A DNA stretch of 64,000 nucleotides, taken from positions 15 to 64,014 of the forward strand of contig JBGVKV010000071.1 of NCBI GenBank assembly GCA_045123975.1, given 5' to 3'. Each line of letters begins with the position of its first letter. Position 1 is the first letter of the stretch. This document shows positions 44,716 through 51,795 of this stretch, in pieces. The position numbers were made by a program, and so were the translations under genes. The notes under the pieces are model-generated. The model was not told the origin of the DNA. It made no database searches and worked only from the letters and a program-made list of their open reading frames with translations. The stretch is from Eubacteriales bacterium. GTDB taxonomy: Bacteria > Bacillota > Clostridia > Oscillospirales > CAG-272.

Positions 44716-44722
44716 TGTCGAA
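44716..44722 (+). promoter_or_regulatory. Spo0A-box-like heptamer TGTCGAA (within palindrome GTCGAAAAATCGAC)
   Basis: Exact 0A-box match. Part of a 14-bp inverted repeat. Confidence 0.3.
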
Positions 44723-44809
44723 AAATCGACTTTTCCAAGTAGGTGTTACTTTTATTTTTCCACTCTCCCAAACGTGATGTTTTCGGGGGAATTTTATACA
44801 TTTTGGGAA

Positions 44810-44818
44810 TTATCCACA
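44810..44818 (+). promoter_or_regulatory. perfect consensus DnaA box TTATCCACA
   Basis: Exact 9/9 match. Confidence 0.8.
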
Positions 44819-44842
44819 GAAAGTCTGATGGAAAATCATTAC

Positions 44843-44875
44843 TTTTCCACAAGGTAATCCACATACTGTGGAAAA
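44843..44875. promoter_or_regulatory. three closely spaced DnaA boxes
   Basis: TTTTCCACA (44843-44851, +), TAATCCACA (44855-44863, +), TGTGGAAAA (44867-44875, which is TTTTCCACA on the minus strand). Confidence 0.7.
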
Positions 44876-44890
44876 ACCGGTGAGAAGATG

Positions 44891-45010
44891 GGGAGAACGA
44901 CGCAGACCTTTTTGAAAAAAGGTCCGCACCCCAAAAACTTTTAATCTATAAAAAGTTTTCGTCCACCTTTTTGGGGAGGTGGCGGGTATAAGGGCAGCGC
45001 CCTTGTCCCG
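44891..45010 (-). repeat. dispersed repeat, full X-spacer-Y composite inside oriC
   Basis: GACGCAGACCTTTTTGAAAAAAGGTCCGCACCCCAAAAAC ... AAAAGTTTTCGTCCACCTTTTTGGGGAGGTGGCGGGTATAAGGGCAGCGCCCTT. This is the reverse orientation of the 11451-11576 element. Confidence 0.85.
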
Positions 45011-45032
45011 GCGTTTCTTTTTGATAACTTTT

Positions 45033-46478
45033 TTACTTCTTGATCTCCCGACGGATGTCGGCGATCTCGCTGTCCAGGGCGGTATCGGTCTTCAGCTGCT
45101 TTTCCACCGCAGTGATGTTGGAGTGAATGGTGGAGTGATCCCGGTCGAACATCACGCCGATGGAATTCAGGGACAGATCCGTCACCTGACGGATGATGTA
45201 CATAGCCAGATTTCGCGCGGTCTTGATATCCTTGGTGCGTTTCACGCCCAGAATATCCTCGCTGCTTACGCCGTAACGCTTGGCAACGGCGGCGATGATC
45301 TTGTCCGCCGTCTCGCCCACCGGCTCCGTATCCTGCTGGAACATGGGAACGAGAGACCGTACCAGATCCATATTGATCTGGGCACCGTCCAACAGATGGG
45401 TGGCGGAGATCCGCTTGATGATACCCTCCAGCTGACGGATATTGGAGTGAAGCTTTTCGGCGATGTAGGAGAGCACGTCGTCCTCGATCAGAAGATTCAT
45501 GGACTGTGCCTTGTTTTTCAGAATGGCCAGACGGAGCTCGTAGTCCGGCTGGTGGATATCCACGATCAGACCCTGCTCAAAGCGGGAGCGGATCCGATCC
45601 TCCAGAGTGATCATTTCCTTGGGAGGACGGTCGGAGGTTAGAATGATCTGCTTATGATCGCTGTACAGCGCGTTGAAGGTGTGGAAAAATTCTTCCTGAG
45701 TGGATTCCTTACCGGCGATGAACTGGATATCGTCGATCAGCAGAATATCCGCCTTGCGGTATTTTTCACGGAAAGCGGCGTTCTCCCGATGGGAGATGGA
45801 TTCGATCAGCTGATTGGTGAAATCCTCACCGTTGATGTAGATGGCGTTCAGATTGGGAGAACTCTCAAAGAGCTTGTTGGTGATGGCGTACATCAGGTGG
45901 GTCTTGCCCAAGCCGGAGGGGCCGTACAAAAACAGAGGATTGTAGGTGGATGCGGGATTGTTGGCTACCGCCAAAGCCGCCGCGTGGGCGAACTTGTTGG
46001 AGTTACCGACGATGAAGTTATCGAAGGTGTATTCCGGATTATACGTCAGACGCTGTTCCCCGCCGCCGGCCTGATTCTTTTGGCGTGCCGCCTGATCCAC
46101 GGCCAGAAAGGGAGGGAGATTTTCTTCCTTCTCCCGCTTTTTCTCAATCTCGATCTCCTTGGCGCGGGAAAGAGGAGAGTTCACTCTGCCCTCGCCCTCC
46201 AAAGGCTGGGGTTTGATTTTCTCTACGATAAATTCGATGGTGGGATCGCCGCCCACAACGGAGGCGGTGCAATCGGCAAGCACCCGGGCATACCGCTCCA
46301 GGATATTATCTTTTTTGAGTTCATTCTCCACGGAGAAAACAACGGACGCATCGTCGATGTAAACGATCTTCACGTTGCGGAACCAGAAATCGAGAGCGGT
46401 GGTGGAGAGTTCTCCGCTTTCCTTGACGGCGTCCAGGATGGAGTCCCAAACGCGGCCGTATTCAGAGGGTGAAAACAT
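45033..46478 (-). CDS. dnaA: chromosomal replication initiator protein DnaA
   Basis: 481 aa. GPSGLGKTHL Walker A, the box VII region and the C-terminal MYIIRQVTDLSLNSIGVMFDRDHSTI. Confidence 0.92.
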   Translation of the reverse strand: MFSPSEYGRVWDSILDAVKESGELSTTALDFWFRNVKIVYIDDASVVFSVENELKKDNILERYARVLADCTASVVGGDPTIEFIVEKIKPQPLEGEGRVNSPLSRAKEIEIEKKREKEENLPPFLAVDQAARQKNQAGGGEQRLTYNPEYTFDNFIVGNSNKFAHAAALAVANNPASTYNPLFLYGPSGLGKTHLMYAITNKLFESSPNLNAIYINGEDFTNQLIESISHRENAAFREKYRKADILLIDDIQFIAGKESTQEEFFHTFNALYSDHKQIILTSDRPPKEMITLEDRIRSRFEQGLIVDIHQPDYELRLAILKNKAQSMNLLIEDDVLSYIAEKLHSNIRQLEGIIKRISATHLLDGAQINMDLVRSLVPMFQQDTEPVGETADKIIAAVAKRYGVSSEDILGVKRTKDIKTARNLAMYIIRQVTDLSLNSIGVMFDRDHSTIHSNITAVEKQLKTDTALDSEIADIRREIKK

Positions 46479-46564
46479 AGATTTTACGCCGCGCCGTACA
46501 CGTTGGCGCGTCCTTTCTGTATGTAAATTTCAGAGTAAAAAATCGACATAATTATATTCATATA

Positions 46565-46593
46565 ATTATACCATAAAATAAAAGAAAAAACAA
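46565..46593 (-). promoter_or_regulatory. candidate dnaA promoter (TTGTTT-17-TATAAT, TG-extended)
   Basis: The minus strand reads TTGTTT (46588-46593), 17 nt, TGGTATAAT (TATAAT is 46565-46570). Confidence 0.4.
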
Positions 46594-46667
46594 GAGAATT
46601 GCAGTGTATATAATATATAAAGTAGGAAAGTTTTTCTTGTGCATTTTGTCCCCAATCGGTTTTTTAA

Positions 46668-46699
46668 GAAAAAAACCGCAGGTCACATGACCTGCGGTT
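46668..46699 (-). terminator. terminator of the DUF975 gene
   Basis: The minus strand reads ACCGCAGGTCA-TG-TGACCTGCGGT + TTTTTTT. Confidence 0.8.
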
Positions 46700-46714
46700 T
46701 CCGTTTTATGAAGT

Positions 46715-47458
46715 TTATGCCTCGGGGGATTGTGCGATTTCGGGGGCGTTTTCATTGGCTTCCTCACCGGGGAGGACCACCGTGGTGGATACCTCCCGGT
46801 AGAAATCGGTGATGGCGGCTTTCTGATAAGGAATCAGCCACAGATAACCGATACCTAAAGTAAGTGTGCAAAGAATTTCCCAGCCGATAAAGCTTATAAG
46901 CAAACAGAACAGACGCCACTTGTTTCCGTACATCATCACCTTGGAGAGGCGGAGTGCCTCACGGATGGGAATATCGGGATATTCCGCCAGTATGTAGGTG
47001 GTCATGGAATAGCTGTACGTAGCAATAATACCGGGTACGATCAGAAGAAGGGACCACAGGAAGATGTAAAGATTACGCAAAAAGCAGGTGCCGATGGCCT
47101 TCAGCCAATGGGGGAAGAAGGAAACCAGCTGACCGATCTTCACTATTTTTCCGTCGATCAGATTCAGATTGAAACGGTTGTAGCCCACTTCAATCACGCT
47201 GCCGATAATGAAATGAATAAACCCGACGACGGCCATAACGGCAAGGGTCATAATCAGCATAGATAACATAATTTGCTTGACCAGGGGATTATTTATTTCT
47301 TTCAGTTCGGAAAAATCAAAACTGATGCTACTGCCTGAGCCTGTGTTCATGCCCAGACCCCCCAACAGGGACGCGATAAATCCGGCTAAAATGGCAATAC
47401 CCCATCTTCCGCTCAAGGATTTTCTTGCGGTATAGCGAAAATCACTTGCTCTTTTCAT
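46715..47458 (-). CDS. DUF975-family membrane protein
   Basis: Trimmed to the ATG at 47458 (AAGGAG RBS). MKRASDFRYTARKSLSGRWGIAILAGFIASLLGG is typical of DUF975. Confidence 0.7.
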   Translation of the reverse strand: MKRASDFRYTARKSLSGRWGIAILAGFIASLLGGLGMNTGSGSSISFDFSELKEINNPLVKQIMLSMLIMTLAVMAVVGFIHFIIGSVIEVGYNRFNLNLIDGKIVKIGQLVSFFPHWLKAIGTCFLRNLYIFLWSLLLIVPGIIATYSYSMTTYILAEYPDIPIREALRLSKVMMYGNKWRLFCLLISFIGWEILCTLTLGIGYLWLIPYQKAAITDFYREVSTTVVLPGEEANENAPEIAQSPEA

Positions 47459-47666
47459 ATAAATCTCCTTTTGCAAAAAATATTGTTGGGTAAAGTATAC
47501 CATATGAACGAACGAGAGTCAAATATTACTACAGATTTTTCCCGTTTTTTCGCGCAGCCGGGGTTTTGACGTGCGAAAATTGTTTTTTCTCCGCCCGAAA
47601 TTCCAAAATTTCCCCGAAAAACTGCGTTTTTTGTGAAAAATCCCGGGATAAAATTTGAAAAATCCC

Positions 47667-47696
47667 TTGACAATGGCTCCTATCATCGATTATAAT
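47667..47696 (+). promoter_or_regulatory. sigma-A promoter of rpmH (TTGACA-18-TATAAT)
   Basis: TTGACA at 47667-47672 and TATAAT at 47691-47696. Confidence 0.6.
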
Positions 47697-47749
47697 AATA
47701 CGTGCTATGCGGATAATTAACCTCATAATCGAGTAAGGAGGGTGTAAAA

Positions 47750-47884
47750 ATGCTGAGAACCTACCAGCCGAAGAAGAGACAGAGAAGCAAAGAACACGGC
47801 TTCCGTAAAAGAATGAAGACCGCCAACGGCAGAAAAGTACTGAAGAGACGCCGTGCCAAAGGCCGCGTGCGTCTGACTCACTGA
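47750..47884 (+). CDS. rpmH: 50S ribosomal protein L34
   Basis: 44 aa: [44 protein letters not shown]. Too short for the ORF track. AAGGAGG RBS. Confidence 0.92.
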   Translation: MLRTYQPKKRQRSKEHGFRKRMKTANGRKVLKRRRAKGRVRLTH

Positions 47885-47924
47885 TTCCGACCGAACGCGT
47901 GCAGGACGAGAATATGAATTCGTA

Positions 47925-47973
47925 ACCTCCGATGTAATCGGGCACTTTTGTCCGCTGCGATCGGAGGTTTCTT
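47925..47973 (+). terminator. hairpin/attenuator between rpmH and rnpA
   Basis: ACCTCCGAT...ATCGGAGGT + TTCTTCGT. Confidence 0.4.
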
Positions 47974-48021
47974 CGTATTATCGCCAAGCGATCCCCATTC
48001 GTCAAACGAAGGGAAACATCT

Positions 48022-48417
48022 ATGAAATTTCAAGCGATCCGAGAAAACCATTTGTTTGTCAAAGCCTATACGGGCGGAAGACGGGCCCCCGCCAAGAGCT
48101 GTACGGTATACGTGCTGAAGGACCGACAGGCCAGGCGGATCATGAAAAGCCGTCCCGACAAGCAATATATCAACCGCATCGGTATCACAGCCTCAAAGAA
48201 GATCGGAGGCGCTGTTCAGCGCAACCGTGCGAAAAGAGTGATCCGTGAGGCACTCCGGCTTATTATGCAGGAGTACACCCTCAAAACCGGTCACCTTATC
48301 GTCATAGCCGCACGGGAAAAGGCAACAGTATGTAAAATGCAGGACGTAAAACGTGACTTGCAGGCCGCCTTGATGCGTGTTTCCATGATCGTACCCGAAA
48401 ACGAGAGCCATGATTGA
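48022..48417 (+). CDS. rnpA: ribonuclease P protein component
   Basis: KKIGGAVQRNRAKRVIREA RNase P protein motif; 131 aa. Follows rpmH. Confidence 0.88.
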   Translation: MKFQAIRENHLFVKAYTGGRRAPAKSCTVYVLKDRQARRIMKSRPDKQYINRIGITASKKIGGAVQRNRAKRVIREALRLIMQEYTLKTGHLIVIAAREKATVCKMQDVKRDLQAALMRVSMIVPENESHD

Positions 48418-48709
48418 TTTTGTAAAGAAAATCGTGGGAATCCTATCCCGTGCCGCCGTGGCGGTGCTCTCGTTCCCGATACGCCTGTATCGGAAATTTA
48501 TCTCTCCCATAAAACCCCGGTGCTGCCGATTTACCCCATCCTGCTCCCAGTACGCCCTTGAGGCACTGAGGGAATGGGGCGTTTTTCGCGGCTCCGCTTT
48601 GGCCCTTTGGCGCATACTCCGGTGCAATCCCTTCGGGGGCTGCGGTGAGGATCCCGTGCCGAAACGGACGTACAAAAAGATCGATCCCTTGAAGGATCGC
48701 AAAAAATGA
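48410..48709 (+). CDS. yidD: membrane protein insertion efficiency factor YidD
   Basis: YRKFISPIKPRCCRFTPSCSQYALEAL...RCNPFGGCGEDPVP. Confidence 0.88.
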   Translation: MIDFVKKIVGILSRAAVAVLSFPIRLYRKFISPIKPRCCRFTPSCSQYALEALREWGVFRGSALALWRILRCNPFGGCGEDPVPKRTYKKIDPLKDRKK

Positions 48710-48823
48710 GAGAGATTTTTCAGGCGTCACTGTAAGGTGACAGAAACAGTGACGTATCCCCCGCGCAAAATTTAAGGAAAGTATATGCGATCCCATTCGG
48801 TGACCGTATAATCGGTAAGAAGT

Positions 48824-50053
48824 ATGCTTGACTTTATCGCTATCCCCCTGGGATGGATTATCAAGGTATGTTATTCTTTGGTAAATAACTATTTCCTGGC
48901 GCTGCTCCTTTTTGCCATCGTTATGCAGATCGTCCTTCTGCCCTTCAGCATCAAACAGCAGAAGAACAACGTGCAGCAGGCAAAGCTGGCGCCGAAAACC
49001 GCGGCGATCCGTAAGAAATACGCCGGCCGCAACGACGCGCAGACCCAGCAGAAGATGCAGCAGGAGCTGCAGGAAATGTATCAGAAAGAAAAGTACAGCC
49101 CCTTCGGCGGCTGCCTGCCCCTTCTGATCCAGATGCCTATCCTGTTCGCGCTGTATAACGTGGTAATGAATCCCCTGCGTTATATCACCGGTATCTCCAA
49201 GGAGACCATCGCGCAGATCCAGACCCACATGACGGACGATCTGGGTATCGTCCTCAATCCCCGCGGTCTCTACATCGACATGATGAACCATATCCGCGAC
49301 GATATGGCGTATTACGTGGAGAAGTTCACCGAGTTGGCGGACAAGACCCTGCCGGATCTTACCTTCTTCGGTACGGATCTGTCCCTGATCCCCACCCCCA
49401 CCTTCCAGCCCTTCGATTGGCTGATGCTGGTGCCGATCCTCACCTTCGTATTTATGCTTCTGACCCAGAAGATCACCCGTATGTTCACCTACCAGTCCCC
49501 CGAGGCCATCGAGGCACAGAAGAGCCCCTCCATGAAGATCATGAACTGGTCTATGCCCCTTCTGTCCGTGTGGATCGCGTTCAGCGTTCCCGCCGCCATC
49601 GGCCTGTACTGGATCTTCCGTAACATCATCTCCTGTATCCAGCAGATCATTCTCGCCAACGTGATCCCCGCTCCCCGCTTCACCGAGGAGGATTACAAGC
49701 AGGCGGAGCGCGAGCTGAAATCCTCCGGCAAATCCACCTCCCACCGCCCTGTCAGCAAGACGCCTCCCAAATCCCTCCATCACATCGATGATGAGGAATA
49801 TCAGGCCAAGCTGGACGCCGCGTGGCAGAAGGCAAAAGATGAGGAGAAGAAAGCGGCCGCCCCTGCTTTGAAAGAGGAAAAGGCAGAGGAAGCTCCCGCT
49901 GAGGAAGCCGAGGTAAAGGCCGACGAGGCTCCCATCCTCAAAGAAGATGAGGCTCCCATCCTTAAAGAGGATGAGAGGGTAAAATACGAGAAAAAAGTAA
50001 CCCCCACATCCGGTCCCAAGTACAATAAGACCGGCAAAAATTATAAGAAATAA
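48824..50053 (+). CDS. yidC: YidC/Oxa1-family membrane insertase with long charged C-terminal tail
   Basis: Core region QKMQQELQEMYQKEKYSPFGGCLPLLIQMPILFALY; 409 aa. The last ~125 aa are Lys/Glu/Ala-rich with a duplicated EAPILKED. Confidence 0.85.
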   Translation: MLDFIAIPLGWIIKVCYSLVNNYFLALLLFAIVMQIVLLPFSIKQQKNNVQQAKLAPKTAAIRKKYAGRNDAQTQQKMQQELQEMYQKEKYSPFGGCLPLLIQMPILFALYNVVMNPLRYITGISKETIAQIQTHMTDDLGIVLNPRGLYIDMMNHIRDDMAYYVEKFTELADKTLPDLTFFGTDLSLIPTPTFQPFDWLMLVPILTFVFMLLTQKITRMFTYQSPEAIEAQKSPSMKIMNWSMPLLSVWIAFSVPAAIGLYWIFRNIISCIQQIILANVIPAPRFTEEDYKQAERELKSSGKSTSHRPVSKTPPKSLHHIDDEEYQAKLDAAWQKAKDEEKKAAAPALKEEKAEEAPAEEAEVKADEAPILKEDEAPILKEDERVKYEKKVTPTSGPKYNKTGKNYKK

Positions 50054-50067
50054 GTGACGGGATCTAT

Positions 50068-51588
50068 ATGAAAAACGAAGTAATTATCACGGCCAAAACC
50101 GTGGATGAGGCCATGGCCCAGGCTCGCCGGGACTATTCCTCCTCCGAGAACGAACTGGCCTTTGAAATTCTGGAAATGCCCAAGAAGGGCTTCCTCGGAT
50201 TCGGATCTACTCCCGCTAAGGTAAAGGTTACCATCACCAAGGCTCTCGGTGACGTGGATCTGTCCGATCTGGTTTCCTCCATCCGTAATATGAAGATCAC
50301 CACCGACCGGGTTGGTGAGGAGGAAAAGAAGCCTCATAACAAAGAGAATAAGAAGCACAATCACCAGAGCGGCAAGCCCCAGCAGCAGAATAAGCCGCAG
50401 AATCAGAATCAGAAGGCACAGCAGCCGAAACCGGCACAGCCCCAGCAGCAGCCCAAGGCGGCCGCACCCGCTGCTTCCGTAAAGGAAGAAAAGCCCGCTG
50501 TCAACGAAAACGATCTGCCCGCTGCTCTGCGCCGTCCGGTGAATAAGAATCAGACAAAGCAGCAGAACAATAAGAAGCCCCAGAAGAAGGAGCGCCCCGC
50601 CCAGACCGAGCGTCCCGGCGAGGAAAAGAAGCAGGATCTGCTCTCCGCCGTTATGGGAATCAAGGCACCGGAAATGCCCGCTAACGCGCCCGCGGTAACG
50701 GTTACCCCCGTCCACGTGGAAAAGAAGAAGCAGGAGAAAAAGCCCGCACAGCCGAAGCAGGAAGCTCCCGCACCCCAGCCCGAGAAGAAGAAGGAAAGAG
50801 CGCCCCGTGAGGAAAAGCCCCACGTGGAATTCGTTACCCCCGAGGAAATGAATTTCGCTCTGGACTTCACGAACACCCTGCTCAAGAATATGGAGCTTTC
50901 CGCCACCGCCAAGGCAGAACCCGCTCCCGCGGATCTGAGTGTGCCGGAGGGTATGGTCTACGCCAAGATCGTCATCGAGGGGGATGATACCGGTATCCTG
51001 ATCGGCCACCACGGTGATACTTTGGATGCGATCCAGTACCTGGCTAATCTGTGCGCCAGCCGCAACAGCGGCAGCGGCAAAAAGGAATTCGTCAAGATCG
51101 TCGTCGATATTGAGAATTACCGCGCAAAGCGTGAGGAGACCCTCCGCGCGCTGGCTCGCCGCATGAGCGCCAAGGCAGTGAAGTACAAGCGGAATTTCGT
51201 TCTGGAGCCCATGAATCCCTACGAGAGACGGATCATCCACTCCGAGGTACAGGGTATGGAGAACGTGTCCACCCACTCCGTGGGCAGTGACGAGAACCGT
51301 AAGATCGTCATCACCTACGAAGGCCCCGATAAGGTAAATCACTCCCGCAAGTCCCGGGATAAGAAAAAGAATAACCAGCCCCGTCATCAGCTGCCTAAGC
51401 TGAGCCGGGAGGAGATCGAGGCAAGAGAAAAGGATCTGGCCGAATACCGTGCGGAGCGTGAGACCGCACAGAAGCCCGTGCGCGCCAAGTCCATCGACGA
51501 TATCCGCATCGATCTGAGCGAAGATTCCACTCTGACCTTCGGCTCCATCGGTAAAGACGAGGCCGAGGAGAATTTGAGAGAATTCTGA
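50068..51588 (+). CDS. jag: Jag/KhpB RNA-binding protein (Jag_N, KH, R3H) with ~170-aa low-complexity insert
   Basis: N-terminal Jag_N (ITAKTVDEAMAQA), C-terminal KH (IGHHGDTLDAIQYLANL) and R3H (EPMNPYERRIIH); 506 aa. Confidence 0.8.
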   Translation: MKNEVIITAKTVDEAMAQARRDYSSSENELAFEILEMPKKGFLGFGSTPAKVKVTITKALGDVDLSDLVSSIRNMKITTDRVGEEEKKPHNKENKKHNHQSGKPQQQNKPQNQNQKAQQPKPAQPQQQPKAAAPAASVKEEKPAVNENDLPAALRRPVNKNQTKQQNNKKPQKKERPAQTERPGEEKKQDLLSAVMGIKAPEMPANAPAVTVTPVHVEKKKQEKKPAQPKQEAPAPQPEKKKERAPREEKPHVEFVTPEEMNFALDFTNTLLKNMELSATAKAEPAPADLSVPEGMVYAKIVIEGDDTGILIGHHGDTLDAIQYLANLCASRNSGSGKKEFVKIVVDIENYRAKREETLRALARRMSAKAVKYKRNFVLEPMNPYERRIIHSEVQGMENVSTHSVGSDENRKIVITYEGPDKVNHSRKSRDKKKNNQPRHQLPKLSREEIEAREKDLAEYRAERETAQKPVRAKSIDDIRIDLSEDSTLTFGSIGKDEAEENLREF

Positions 51589-51602
51589 AAAGCATAAAAA
51601 AT

Positions 51603-51636
51603 TCCCGCAGACCCTTTGGTTTGCGGGATTTTTTGT
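51603..51636 (+). terminator. terminator of jag
   Basis: CCCGCA...TGCGGG + ATTTTTTGTTTT. Confidence 0.7.
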
Positions 51637-51658
51637 TTTGGCGGGTGTTATTTTTACC

Positions 51659-51683
51659 GTAGGGGAGGGGCTTGCTCCTCCCG
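51659..51683 (+). repeat. solo REP of the GTAGGGGAGGGGCTTGCTCCTCCCG family
   Basis: 25/25 identical to 33403-33427. Confidence 0.85.
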
Positions 51684-51795
51684 CCGCGAAAGGCTAAAAG
51701 CGTGTTTTCCAAAAAATTTCCCCGCTCCTATTGTGCGTCGGCGGATTCTGTGCTATATTGATGATATATTTTTATGATCCGGGAGAAACCGACTC

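Larger units (their letters stand above)
44412..45032. other. chromosomal replication origin oriC (dnaA-dnaN intergenic)
   Basis: A 621-bp gene-free gap between dnaA and dnaN. It contains 9 or more DnaA-box-like 9-mers (one perfect TTATCCACA), an AT-rich tract next to dnaN and a trinucleotide-periodic tract. Confidence 0.85.

Noticed and set aside
44483-44864. Small ORFs of 69-98 aa on both strands within 44455-44864.
   Set aside because: They lie in the dnaA-dnaN intergenic origin, are built from DnaA-box repeats (FSTGK/FPH-type peptides), overlap one another in several frames and have no RBSs.
46558-46767. A 69-aa minus ORF upstream of dnaA.
   Set aside because: It spans the AT-rich dnaA promoter region and the terminator of the DUF975 gene. 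The peptide is Lys/Ile/Phe-rich as expected from translating AT-rich DNA, and there is no RBS.
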